A stretch of 28,183 bases of DNA, taken from IMG/VR virus record IMGVR_UViG_3300014205_000195, positions 1 to 28,183 of that record; one strand, written 5' to 3'. The notes under the pieces are model-generated. The model saw only the letters and a list, made by a program, of their open reading frames with translations, was not told the origin of the DNA and searched no databases. The position numbers and the translations under genes are program-made. Positions within the stretch are counted from its first letter, which is position 1. Every line of letters begins with the position of its first letter. Source of the stretch: a virus (taxonomy: Duplodnaviria > Heunggongvirae > Uroviricota > Caudoviricetes). Positions 14,595 through 23,428 of this stretch are shown here, piece by piece.

Positions 14595-15995
14595 CTAGGT
14601 GAGGTTGGTGCCGTCCGACAGGTCGACGATCTTGGCCTGCTTCACGAAGTCGTAGCAGCGGAGCTGCAGCGAGGTCAGGAAGATGGCCTTGATGCCGAGC
14701 ATGTTGTTCTGGAGGTAGTCCCTCGACTCCAGGTACTGCGTTGTGAACAGGACCGGGAGCTCCAGGAACCTGGTGTCCAGGACGTACATGTTGGCGCCGC
14801 GCTTGGCGTCGCCGTTGCCGGAGGCCTGCCAGGACGTGGCCATGTCGAAGTCGTGGAAGAGCGGGATGCCCTTGTACGTCGCGACCTGGAAGCCGGTCGG
14901 GTAGCCGAGGAGCGTGCCCTCTCCGCCCTGCTTCACCTGGAAGGTGCCCTCACCGATGAAGTGCTGGTTGGCCTGCAGGATGGTGCCGAGGCGCGTCACC
15001 TGCTCGATGCCGGTCGCGATGAGGTCAGGCTCGCCGGCGTTGCGGCGGACCTCGTCGATGGCCTTGTCGATGAGGCCGGTCGACATGTGACGGAGGAGGC
15101 CGGCGCCCTGCTCGAACACCTGGCCCGCGCTCCAGCTGCCCAGGTCGCGGCTGGCGATCGTGAGGTTGCCGTAGCCGGCGGCCTCGGCGTTGGTCGCCGT
15201 GACGGCCGGGTCGAGCACCCTGGCGGTGCGGTCGACGACGTCGTCGATGGACTGGAGGCCGGCCCTGCTCACCACGCGGATGAGGCGGTCGGTCGTCGTG
15301 GAGCCGCCGGTGAAGGTCACCGAGGTGCTCGTGCCGCCGACGCTGACCGTGAGGTCGGTCGACTGGCCCAGCTCCCGGACGACGTCGCCCTCGGTCAGCC
15401 ACGTGGCGTCGATGACGGTCGAGGCGGAGGCCGAGGCCGCGCCGGCGACGACGCGCTGGACGGAGGAGGCGGTGAGCATCTGGTTGATGCGCTTGATGTG
15501 GTCGATCATCGCGGTCTCCTGGGCCACCGCGAGGGCATCGCCGATGCCGCCCTCAAGGGTGCCGAGGAACTGCGCGAGCGCCGAGACGCCCATCGACGTG
15601 ACGATGAACACCGGCTGCACGTGGACCTTCTCGAGGGTCGGCTTCGCGATGGTCGGAAGCGCGCCAGTCTCGGAGACGGCCGTGGTCGAGGTGTTGCGGC
15701 CGGACCTGATGCGGTAGCCGGTGGTGTTGCCCCACGCGACCTTCCTGATCAGGTTGAAGAGGCGGGTCTGGCTGTTGAGCGAGTCCCAGACCTTCTGGCC
15801 ATAGGTGTTGACAAAGAAGTCAGACCCGATGGTCGGCGAGCCGGCCGCGGTGATGTCCTTCGACAGGACCGAGCTGTTGGGTCCGAAGTAGCCATAGCTG
15901 ACGTTCGTCCCGCCAGGCGTCCTCTGCAGCCAGTCTGCGATGGTGGCCGGCTGGTAGGTCGCGGCCTTGTTGATGGTGCTGCCCATGAACTCCAT
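14595..15995 (-). CDS. Major capsid protein (HK97 fold)
   Basis: 466 aa, after a scaffold-like gene and before a terminator; VWDSLNSQTRLFNLIRK, AVSETGALP, VATYKGIPLFHD, MYVLDTRFL patterns; SD GGAGAG. Confidence 0.85.
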   Translation of the reverse strand: MEFMGSTINKAATYQPATIADWLQRTPGGTNVSYGYFGPNSSVLSKDITAAGSPTIGSDFFVNTYGQKVWDSLNSQTRLFNLIRKVAWGNTTGYRIRSGRNTSTTAVSETGALPTIAKPTLEKVHVQPVFIVTSMGVSALAQFLGTLEGGIGDALAVAQETAMIDHIKRINQMLTASSVQRVVAGAASASASTVIDATWLTEGDVVRELGQSTDLTVSVGGTSTSVTFTGGSTTTDRLIRVVSRAGLQSIDDVVDRTARVLDPAVTATNAEAAGYGNLTIASRDLGSWSAGQVFEQGAGLLRHMSTGLIDKAIDEVRRNAGEPDLIATGIEQVTRLGTILQANQHFIGEGTFQVKQGGEGTLLGYPTGFQVATYKGIPLFHDFDMATSWQASGNGDAKRGANMYVLDTRFLELPVLFTTQYLESRDYLQNNMLGIKAIFLTSLQLRCYDFVKQAKIVDLSDGTNLT

Positions 15996-16007
15996 GTTGC
16001 TCTCTCC

Positions 16008-16820
16008 CTACAGAACCGAGCTCGGGAGCTCGCCGAGCTCAGCGCGGAGCCTGTTGATCTCCGAGAATGAGCGGCCCGAGAGGTCCTTGCGGAGCTGCTC
16101 CGGGTGCGGCTGGCTGCCGGCCTTCTCGAGCTTGGTCGAGGTCCCAGGTCCCGGCGTCTGCGCCCGGCTGACGGCGACCTGGCCGCTCTTGACGAGCGCC
16201 TGGCGGACCGCCCTATCGAGCCTCGTCGCGAGCCTGCGCTCCATCGCCGAGAGCTCAGCCTTGCTCACCGGGCCGGGGCCGTCGGACGGGGCACCCTGGA
16301 TGATGGTGTCGTTCTCGCCCGGGGACGTCTGGTCGTACGGCCTGTTGCCGACGGCGTTGGAATCCTTCTCGCCGAAGGAGGAGGCGGCGTCGTCCTTCGC
16401 GACCTTGGAGGCCGCGGCAGTGCCACCGGCGCCGAGGTTCAGGGACTCGTCGTCCTCGTCCTCGTCGACCTCGTCCATGTAGCCGCCCTTCTCGAGCATG
16501 GCCTTCTGGACCTTGGCGAGCGCGCCGACGCTCTTGGCGAGCTTCCCGATGGCGGACTGAACGGCACGCATGTCGTCCATCGACGCCAGCTTGGTCCTCG
16601 GGCCGCTGACTCGCTTGCCCTTGAACTCCGGGTCGCCCATGTCGCCGAACTCGTCGTCGCCGCCGAACATGTCGTCGCCCCCGCCGAACTCGTCACCATC
16701 TGGCTCGCCGCCGAACATGTCGTCGTCGCCGCCCATGCCGTCCCCGCCGCCGAAGGCGTCGTCCTCGAACTCGTCGAAGCCCGGGTTCTCGGCAAGCTTG
16801 ATGAGACTCTTGATTGACAT
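16008..16820 (-). CDS. Capsid scaffolding-like protein
   Basis: Very acidic low-complexity segments, helical stretches, several L/V-x-K-[A/S] sites, directly upstream of the capsid gene; SD AGGAG. Confidence 0.7.
   Translation of the reverse strand: MSIKSLIKLAENPGFDEFEDDAFGGGDGMGGDDDMFGGEPDGDEFGGGDDMFGGDDEFGDMGDPEFKGKRVSGPRTKLASMDDMRAVQSAIGKLAKSVGALAKVQKAMLEKGGYMDEVDEDEDDESLNLGAGGTAAASKVAKDDAASSFGEKDSNAVGNRPYDQTSPGENDTIIQGAPSDGPGPVSKAELSAMERRLATRLDRAVRQALVKSGQVAVSRAQTPGPGTSTKLEKAGSQPHPEQLRKDLSGRSFSEINRLRAELGELPSSVL
16632..16781 (-). repeat. Coding tandem repeats (GG-D-D-[M/E]-F-G) in the scaffold-like protein
   Basis: FGGGDGMGGDDDMFGGEPDGDEFGGGDDMFGGDDEFGDMGD. Confidence 0.8.
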
Positions 16821-16859
16821 TGTCTCTCCTGACTCCCGTGTGGCGCTCGCGGGAACGCC

Positions 16860-16899
16860 ATGCTACAAAAGACTTTATTGGCCATTTGGGCCAAATAAA
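16860..16899 (-). promoter_or_regulatory. AT-rich inverted repeat plus TAGCAT -10 element upstream of the head genes
   Basis: tttattggcc(16874-16883)/ggccaaataaa(16889-16899) imperfect IR; TAGCAT at 16860-16865. Confidence 0.45.
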
Positions 16900-16914
16900 A
16901 CCCTTCCAAGACGT

Positions 16915-17283
16915 TTACGCCGGGAGAACCTCGAACACCGCGCGCTGGCTCGCCTGCTCCGCGCCGTTGCGCAGCAGGACGCGCGCCTGCAGCACGTACC
17001 AGCCAGAGTCGGACGGGACGTTGGGCAGCGGGTCAGCGTACGCCCACTGGAACGACGCCTGGCCGTTCAGCCCGTCTATTATGAGCGCCGGACCGGAGGT
17101 GATCACTGGACCCACCGGCTGCTTGGACCTGGAGTCCCAGCGCCGCACCGTCACGTCTATGTTTGACCTCGTGATGTCCACGTAGCCGCCGGTGTCCCAC
17201 AGGAATATGAGGTCCAACGACGGGCCCGAGTCGCCTGCGAAGAACGGGCCGCAGTTGGTGGGGACTGACACGCTGACCATCAA
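16915..17283 (-). CDS. Small Ig-like (BppU N-terminal-like) structural protein
   Basis: VDIT..IDVTV..G....FQW..D..SGWYVLQARV pattern; ATGA overlap with the fibre gene. Confidence 0.65.
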   Translation of the reverse strand: MMVSVSVPTNCGPFFAGDSGPSLDLIFLWDTGGYVDITRSNIDVTVRRWDSRSKQPVGPVITSGPALIIDGLNGQASFQWAYADPLPNVPSDSGWYVLQARVLLRNGAEQASQRAVFEVLPA

Positions 17284-20200
17284 GCACCGTCCGAGGAGTT
17301 TGCACTAACAGTGTGCCGCTGGCCGCCGTCCATCAGAAGCCTCACGTACCCGCCCTTCATCAGCAGGCGGACTGTCAGCCCGCGCTCGGTCCTCCTGAAC
17401 GGAAGCAGCTCGAACGGCGCGACGGCGTCCACCGCTAGCACGTTGGGGTTGAGCATCAGCCTCGCTGAGCCGTGCCTCAGGTAGGCCCTGCTGACTGACG
17501 AGGCTGATCCCAACGCGACTGAGACGGTGCCGTCGTACGAGTATGTCTTGGCCTTGTACCCTGAGCTGTTGGTGCCGAGCACCAGCGCAGTGGAGCCGTC
17601 ACGGATGAAAACCGCCACCGCAGCGGCGGATGCGGAAGCTGTCGACACCAACGATGCGGTCCCGTCCACCACAAGCGCCGGGTCGAAGGTCGCAGACGAC
17701 GATGATACGAGCGCACAGTCTCCGTCCACGTAGCTGATCGCCTCTGCGTCAGCGACGAGCGACGTGACCGCCGACAGAACGGAGCTCGCCAGGCTCATGA
17801 CAGAGAGCGCGATCTGGCCGAAAGCCTCTGCCGAGGGGATGCCGCCGGCGTCGGTGAGTATCGTGTTCCCGACCTCGACCGTGGCGGAGCCGAAGGCCTC
17901 TTCAGAAGCGACGCCTGAGGGCGAGACGGTCACCTGGCCAGCGGTGACGGCAGCGGAGCCGAACGCCTCGCTTGTGGTCATCGACTGCGCGGCGATCTCT
18001 ACGGAGAGGGCCGCGGAGCCGAAAGCCTCAGCGGAAGCCACCCCCGACGTCTCCAGCAAGAGGCTGATGACCAGCGCACCGAACGCCTCTGCGGTGGCGA
18101 TGCCAGACGGGCTCATGGAGACCTCGCCCGTGGTCAGAACGTGCGTTCCGAACGCCTCGGCGGAGGTCAACCCCGACGGCGAGACGGCCACATCACCGAC
18201 CGTCAGCGTCGCCGAGCCGAAGGCCTCAGCCGACGCGATCCCCGACGCATCGACCTCATTACCCAACAGGATGACGCCGAAGGCCTCCGCGGAGGCCACG
18301 CCGGACGGCGAGACGGACACGCCGCCTGGCGTGACGACGACGGAGCCGAAGGCCTCCGCCGACGCAATTCCATCAGGCTGGACAGTCGCGCTGCCGGTGT
18401 TCACCACCGCGTCGCCGAGCGCCTCCGCCGAGCCCACGGCGCTCGGCGAAACGGACACGTCACCAGGCGTCAGCGTATGCGAGCCGAAGGCCTCGCCTGA
18501 CGATATGCCGACAGTGACAGCGTACAGGCCCACGACGGCCACGCCGAAGGCCTCGGCCGAGGCCGCCCCGTCGGGGGAGACCGTGACGGCACCTGTGGTC
18601 AGAGTCGTCGCGCCAAACACCTCGCCCGTAACGACCCCATCTGGCACAACGGTCACGGTGCCGGTAGAGACGACCGCCGACCCGAGGGCCTCCGCGGAGG
18701 CCACGCCGGACGGCGAGACTGTCACGCCGCCGGGGACGACGGTGGCGGAGCCGAAGGCCTCCGCGGAGGCCACGCCAGCCGCGTCCAGCGAGAGGTCCAC
18801 GCGAACGGCGCCGAAAGCCTCGGCGGACGCCATCCCAGCCGGCGACATGGTCACTGCGCCCGGCGTCACCGTGCCGGAGCCGAGGGCCTCCGCGGAGGCC
18901 ACGCCGGACGGCGAGACTGTCACGCCGCCGGGGACGACGGTGGCGGAGCCGAAGGCCTCCGCGGAGGCCACGCCCGAGGGCTCCACCTCATGCCCGACTG
19001 ACGCCGATCCGAAGGCCTCCGCGGAGGCCACGCCGGACGGCGAGACGGTCACCGTGCCAGGCGTCACCGTGCCCGAGCCGAAGGCCTCCGCCGACGCCAT
19101 CCCTGTCGGCGACACCAAGACCTCGCCGGTCGTGAGACTGTGGGACCCGAAGGCCTCCGCTGAGGCTATGCCGGACGGCGCGACCTCGTACGAGACGGTC
19201 GGCGTCCCGAACGCCTCCACGGAGGCTATCCCGTCCGGCTCAGGCCCAGATATGGGGGCGTCCACGGTGCATCCGCCGAACGCCTCGGCGGAGGCCAGCC
19301 CGGTCGGCGATATCCAGGTCAGCGCTGTCACGGAGGAGGCCGGGATGGCCTCCGCATCCGCAGCGGCCACCGCACCGACGACCGTCGCCGATATTGGCGC
19401 TATGTGCGCCACCATGGCATACAGCGCTGTCGCCCTAAACCTGGATGTGTCAGCTCCCTGCCCGAACCCTATGTTCAGCCCGTCTACGCCGCCGGACGTC
19501 CAGGCGGAACCTGTCGCCGGGTCTGTGTCGTTCAGCTTCGCGAATAGCACAAACGACGTGTTGCCGACGTCTGTCGATGTTGAGTCAGAGTTTGTAGTCC
19601 CGGATCTGGTCCTGATGTAAGCCTGCGTGGTGGTAGACGTTGACTCTCCGAGTATGCCTATTGTCTTCACCGTGCTGATGGCGCTGACTATGCCGGCCGT
19701 GGCCGTGGAGATACAGGTGAACCATGCGACTTCTAGCGCGTTTGTTCCCGTCTGCACGTACGTGGAGGCGCCATCGTGCGGGACCTCGTCGAGGGCCATC
19801 CACTCGTTGCTAGCGCCGTTGTCCGGCGAGTCAGAGAATGATGCCGGGACGGTCCCGTTCCCGTCCACGGTGAGCCTGGTGACCATCTGGTCGTCTATCC
19901 ACGACCCTGACGTGTCGTTCACCAGCACGTCATCGTAATAAAAGTCATACGTGGCGTTACCGTGGACGCCGAGATCCAACCACTGGACCGCGACGGCTGG
20001 ATTCTGCGCCACAGACTGCGCCGCACCGCCGTCAACTCGGCACTCCCAGTTGCTGCCGTTCAGCCTGACGTCCACCGTGTACCACGTGTCGGCGGCCAGC
20101 ACGGCCACCGGCGACGACGTTCCCCCAACGCCGTTCGCTATGGCCACCTCCCCTGTCCCAGAGTTTATGGTGACCGTCCACACATCGTTGGTGCTGTTGT

Positions 20201-20471
20201 AGGCGGAGAATATCTCAGACGTGCCACCACCCATGGAGGCCCATCTGAAGTGCACCTGAACGGCGCACACGCCGTTTATGCCGTTGGAGTCGTGCCGCGC
20301 GGCGGCCGTCGGCGCGCCGACGCGGTAGTAAGCTGATGAGCTGCTTGGATTCACTCGGAGCGCGTAGTCACCGCTCCTCACCACCGATGTCTGCACGGAC
20401 TGCGTGCCGGTGGTGCTGTTCGCCTCCAACAGGTCGCCGGTCTCGAACCCGATGATGTTCTTGTACGCCAT
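17280..20471 (-). CDS. Large repeat-rich fibre-like virion protein (1063 aa)
   Basis: N-terminal beta-sandwich (ConA/LamG-like: WYTVDVR, CRVDG, FYYDDV); 23 counted repeats of V.P.G[IV]ASAEAFG. Confidence 0.8.
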   Translation of the reverse strand: MAYKNIIGFETGDLLEANSTTGTQSVQTSVVRSGDYALRVNPSSSSAYYRVGAPTAAARHDSNGINGVCAVQVHFRWASMGGGTSEIFSAYNSTNDVWTVTINSGTGEVAIANGVGGTSSPVAVLAADTWYTVDVRLNGSNWECRVDGGAAQSVAQNPAVAVQWLDLGVHGNATYDFYYDDVLVNDTSGSWIDDQMVTRLTVDGNGTVPASFSDSPDNGASNEWMALDEVPHDGASTYVQTGTNALEVAWFTCISTATAGIVSAISTVKTIGILGESTSTTTQAYIRTRSGTTNSDSTSTDVGNTSFVLFAKLNDTDPATGSAWTSGGVDGLNIGFGQGADTSRFRATALYAMVAHIAPISATVVGAVAAADAEAIPASSVTALTWISPTGLASAEAFGGCTVDAPISGPEPDGIASVEAFGTPTVSYEVAPSGIASAEAFGSHSLTTGEVLVSPTGMASAEAFGSGTVTPGTVTVSPSGVASAEAFGSASVGHEVEPSGVASAEAFGSATVVPGGVTVSPSGVASAEALGSGTVTPGAVTMSPAGMASAEAFGAVRVDLSLDAAGVASAEAFGSATVVPGGVTVSPSGVASAEALGSAVVSTGTVTVVPDGVVTGEVFGATTLTTGAVTVSPDGAASAEAFGVAVVGLYAVTVGISSGEAFGSHTLTPGDVSVSPSAVGSAEALGDAVVNTGSATVQPDGIASAEAFGSVVVTPGGVSVSPSGVASAEAFGVILLGNEVDASGIASAEAFGSATLTVGDVAVSPSGLTSAEAFGTHVLTTGEVSMSPSGIATAEAFGALVISLLLETSGVASAEAFGSAALSVEIAAQSMTTSEAFGSAAVTAGQVTVSPSGVASEEAFGSATVEVGNTILTDAGGIPSAEAFGQIALSVMSLASSVLSAVTSLVADAEAISYVDGDCALVSSSSATFDPALVVDGTASLVSTASASAAAVAVFIRDGSTALVLGTNSSGYKAKTYSYDGTVSVALGSASSVSRAYLRHGSARLMLNPNVLAVDAVAPFELLPFRRTERGLTVRLLMKGGYVRLLMDGGQRHTVSANSSDGA
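18682..18974. repeat. Exact 95-bp direct duplication inside the fibre gene
   Basis: 18682-18776 is identical to 18880-18974 (offset 198 nt, 66 codons). Confidence 0.85.
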
Positions 20472-20587
20472 CAGTCGATCCCCGCGCCGACGGTGCCGTT
20501 ATGGACGTCGGTGTTTGCTATGCAGAACCGCACGACGCGCGATGCCGCGGTCGTGTGCTGGCTCGATACCGTAACGACGCTCTCCAC
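20471..20587 (-). CDS. Possible 38-aa peptide filling the intergenic gap
   Basis: GTG 20587 to TGA overlapping the next ATG (TGATG); weak SD. Confidence 0.3.
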   Translation of the reverse strand: MESVVTVSSQHTTAASRVVRFCIANTDVHNGTVGAGID

Positions 20588-20592
20588 GGCGC

Positions 20593-21045
20593 TTACGGCG
20601 CATTCGCAGCCGTTATAGTAGCCGCCTGCCCACCCGACATAGATATTGTTAGCGTTCCGCCGCCGCTCGGCGTCTTGTTCTCGCCGAAATCCATCCACCA
20701 CAACAGCGGGTTGGTGCCCGACGAGCCGGGTGTCGTGTCTAGCGTCACAGCTATACGGGCCGTGAACCCCGTCGATGTGCTCGTCCACACCGGATTGGCG
20801 TGATAAAACGTCACGACGTTGGTGCTAGACGAGTTGGACTTGGTCCCCAAGGTCACGCCGCCGGTGCTGTAGCCATTGCTGTTCGCCACTTCCGCGGAAA
20901 GATCGCCATGATAGACATGCGTGTCTTGATTTGGCGTGTAGCTGCTCGTGTGCAGCTGCATCTTTATCGTGTCAGCCAGGTAATCGATCTCCTTATCGAA
21001 GGCCGATATGAAGGCTGGTGCGAACCAGTAGGCAGTCACTGCCAT
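20593..21045 (-). CDS. Small virion structural protein (Gp80-like tail module family)
   Basis: ATG 21045 (TGATG overlap); FDKEIDYLADTIKMQLHTSSYTPN..GYSTGGVTL..LLWWMDFG pattern. Confidence 0.75.
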   Translation of the reverse strand: MAVTAYWFAPAFISAFDKEIDYLADTIKMQLHTSSYTPNQDTHVYHGDLSAEVANSNGYSTGGVTLGTKSNSSSTNVVTFYHANPVWTSTSTGFTARIAVTLDTTPGSSGTNPLLWWMDFGENKTPSGGGTLTISMSGGQAATITAANAP

Positions 21046-21362
21046 CAGACACCACCGCGCCTGTCCGAGAAGACCGCTAGGGCGTTGCTGACGCCAGGCG
21101 GCGTCCATACCCTGCGCCGCGGCGCCCGCACGCGGATGCACTCCGGCGCGTGGGCCTTGAACGCTTCCGTGCCATAGAACTCGTTACAGAGCGGGCAGTG
21201 ATGCTCGTTTCCGTCGTCGCCCAATGCCCGATCCGCGTCCTCGGCAGACCTGACTGACACCGTCTCAGACGGTCGCACCTTCTGCTGCAGAGCGAAGCTA
21301 AAGGTGGCCTGTGCGGGTACGCCCTGTACGATCACCTCATTGAAGATTGGAAGCTCGCTCAT
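21045..21362 (-). CDS. Hypothetical protein with CxxC..H..C Zn-binding motif
   Basis: HCPLCNEFYGTEAFKAHAPEC; fits the operon packing. Confidence 0.65.
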   Translation of the reverse strand: MSELPIFNEVIVQGVPAQATFSFALQQKVRPSETVSVRSAEDADRALGDDGNEHHCPLCNEFYGTEAFKAHAPECIRVRAPRRRVWTPPGVSNALAVFSDRRGGV

Positions 21363-21388
21363 GCCGGGTGGACTCCGATAGCTCCGAA

Positions 21389-21796
21389 CTACAGCTTGAA
21401 TATCTTGTTGGCCCCGTTATCCCAGGTGACCGTGATGTTGCCGCCGTTCGGCGTCACAGGCAGGCCGGTCGCCGTGTCGATGTACGCGATGAGCGCGCTC
21501 GTCGACTCCGTGCCGGTGTGCTTGTAGATGATGAGCGCCTCGGAGACGTCGCCCGTCACCGTGCTGAACGTCACGTCTGACGCGTCCGCGACGCCGGCCG
21601 TGGTCGTCTTGCCGCTGAGCGCACTGGACGTGGCTACACGTGCGCCGGCTATGACGTCGTCCAGAAAGTCGTGCGTCGACAGGTTGACCGTGTAGTCGGC
21701 GGCATCCACCAGGATCACCCTGATGTCGTCGTTGGTCCAGTCGATGTCGCCGTTGAGGAATGCCTCGCGACCGGCGTCGTAGAGCGCGTTGGCCAT
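21389..21796 (-). CDS. Small virion structural protein (Gp80-like tail module family)
   Basis: MANALYDAGREAFLNGDIDWTNDDIRVILVD..LIAYID..PNGGNITVTW. Confidence 0.8.
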   Translation of the reverse strand: MANALYDAGREAFLNGDIDWTNDDIRVILVDAADYTVNLSTHDFLDDVIAGARVATSSALSGKTTTAGVADASDVTFSTVTGDVSEALIIYKHTGTESTSALIAYIDTATGLPVTPNGGNITVTWDNGANKIFKL

Positions 21797-21858
21797 CTAG
21801 CCATCACCCCATAGTGGTATGCGTAAATGGTGACGCCCGCCGCCGGGCGGGCGAAACC

Positions 21859-22329
21859 TTAGCCGTCGAGCTGGACCTGCAGCGTGTTGGCGTTGAACCG
21901 GAAGATGTCGCCGACGCCGACCGTCTTCGCCGAGCTGAGGGCGCCATAGAACCAGATGTTCCCAGCGTTCCTGGTGACGTTGTCGCATATGGCGACGTCG
22001 GTGATGGAGCCCCACGGGGCGGTCGTGCACGTCGGAAACGTGAGCACGTTCGAATTGCTCGTCGTGCCGTTGTTGCCGGACGGAGCGGCCCAGTTGGCGT
22101 CGAGTGGGTTGACGTTCCCGGTGCCCTGGCCCCCCTCGCCATTCAGACGCTGGTAGGCGTTAGCCGTGGCCGGCTCGGAGGCGCCGAGCGTGCCGGTGCT
22201 GGCGTCCGTCAGCGTCGACGTCGCGAGCGCGACGGCGATCGTAGTCGGCTTCGTCGTGAGCGTCGTGCTCGTCCTGAAGAGGTAGCCGATGAGCAGGCCC
22301 TCCAGGTAATCACTCATGTTGTTGGCCAT
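21859..22329 (-). CDS. Small virion structural protein (Gp80-like tail module family)
   Basis: MSDYLEGLLIGYLFR..WAAPS..TTSNSNVLTFP..WGSITDVAI..GNIWFYGAL..KTVGVGD.FRF. Confidence 0.8.
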   Translation of the reverse strand: MANNMSDYLEGLLIGYLFRTSTTLTTKPTTIAVALATSTLTDASTGTLGASEPATANAYQRLNGEGGQGTGNVNPLDANWAAPSGNNGTTSNSNVLTFPTCTTAPWGSITDVAICDNVTRNAGNIWFYGALSSAKTVGVGDIFRFNANTLQVQLDG

Positions 22330-22333
22330 CGAC

Positions 22334-22567
22334 CTACCCCTCGTCCGGAAGTGTGTGCAGTCCCAGGTACGTCAGCCTGTTTCGCTGCGGGCGGACCACA
22401 GCGCTCGCGTCGACGAAGCCTGGGTACCTCGGCTCGGCGTCCCTGCCCACGCGGACCACCAGCCCGCGCTGCCGGCCAGTCATCAGCTCGACGGTCACCG
22501 GCAGCGACGGAAGCGTGTTCTTGAGGACGGCGCTGATCGCGGTCCTCAGGTCCTCGAGGAGCGTCAT
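22334..22567 (-). CDS. Hypothetical protein (77 aa)
   Basis: Strong SD GGAGGAG before ATG 22567 (MTLLEDL); the track start at 22615 is an alternative. Confidence 0.6.
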   Translation of the reverse strand: MTLLEDLRTAISAVLKNTLPSLPVTVELMTGRQRGLVVRVGRDAEPRYPGFVDASAVVRPQRNRLTYLGLHTLPDEG

Positions 22568-22627
22568 CGTGATCTCCTCCGTCATTGCCGGTGGCTGCTT
22601 GTCTATCGTGAGCATGTGGATCCCATA

Positions 22628-23026
22628 CTAGTCCAACGTCATCGCGACCGAGACCCTGATCTCGTCGCCGTTGTTGGCCACGACCAGTGGCGCGTCCTGG
22701 AACCGCTCAGCCACCAGCAGCTTTCCGCTGGAGACCTGCGTGAGGTAGTACCCATACACGTTCCCGAGCGGGCCCGTGAAGGTGAACGTCTGCGCTGGAT
22801 ACGCCGCCTGCGACGGGAACCCTGTCGTCACGGTCCACGTCCCCGGCGTCAGTGTCGCTGGTGCGTACCCGTGCCCGGAGGCCTCCGTGTACGTCGCCTC
22901 CGTGTCTGTCTCCCCAGGCGTCACATCGTTGGTGAACAGCTTCAGCACGAGCGACTGCGGGCTGGCCTGATTGATGAGCAGCTTCAGCACGAGGTCCTCG
23001 GCAGCGTTGGGAAACACTCCAGCCAT
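22628..23026 (-). CDS. Small virion structural protein (Gp80-like tail module family)
   Basis: NAAEDLVLKLLIN..LKLFTND.TP..YTEA..GYA..QTFTFTG..VYGYYL; SD GGAGG. Confidence 0.8.
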   Translation of the reverse strand: MAGVFPNAAEDLVLKLLINQASPQSLVLKLFTNDVTPGETDTEATYTEASGHGYAPATLTPGTWTVTTGFPSQAAYPAQTFTFTGPLGNVYGYYLTQVSSGKLLVAERFQDAPLVVANNGDEIRVSVAMTLD

Positions 23027-23035
23027 GTTTGCCTC

Positions 23036-23395
23036 CTACGCGTCCAGTCGCCTGCCGGGCTGGACGACGAGCACGCCTGATCCGGCCTGCCACACGTCGC
23101 CGTTTATCTCGCGCAGCTCCAGCTCCCACTCGTACACTCCAGCCTTGTCCACCGTGTCGGCTGGGTTGAAAGTGATTATCAGCGCGCCGTCGGTGGCGGG
23201 ATCGTTCACGGACACGCCGCTGCCTATCTGCTTGCTGAGGAACGGTGCTACCACGCCAGTTCGCGACTGGCTGGGCGTGAACGCGGCGAACTCGAGCTCC
23301 GCCCCGGTCAGGTCTATGACCTGGCCGGTCTCGTCGTACAGGGTGTACTGCTGCCGGTAGGTGGTCCCCTCCGGGAACTTGATGGTCGCCACCAC
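23036..23395 (-). CDS. Small Ig-like (BppU N-terminal-like) structural protein
   Basis: GTTY...TLYDETGQVIDLTGA...G.L.ITFNPADT...GVYEWELEL...G.L.V pattern. Confidence 0.75.
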   Translation of the reverse strand: MVATIKFPEGTTYRQQYTLYDETGQVIDLTGAELEFAAFTPSQSRTGVVAPFLSKQIGSGVSVNDPATDGALIITFNPADTVDKAGVYEWELELREINGDVWQAGSGVLVVQPGRRLDA

Positions 23396-23428
23396 TTGAT
23401 TGTGGCGCCACCGCCTGAGGCCAGAAAC

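Noticed and set aside
17810-19310. CRISPR array or DGR template/variable repeat pair
   Set aside because: Repeats are in-frame coding units without unique spacers; the duplicated 95 bp are identical with no adenine-specific mismatches; no reverse transcriptase or cas gene in the window
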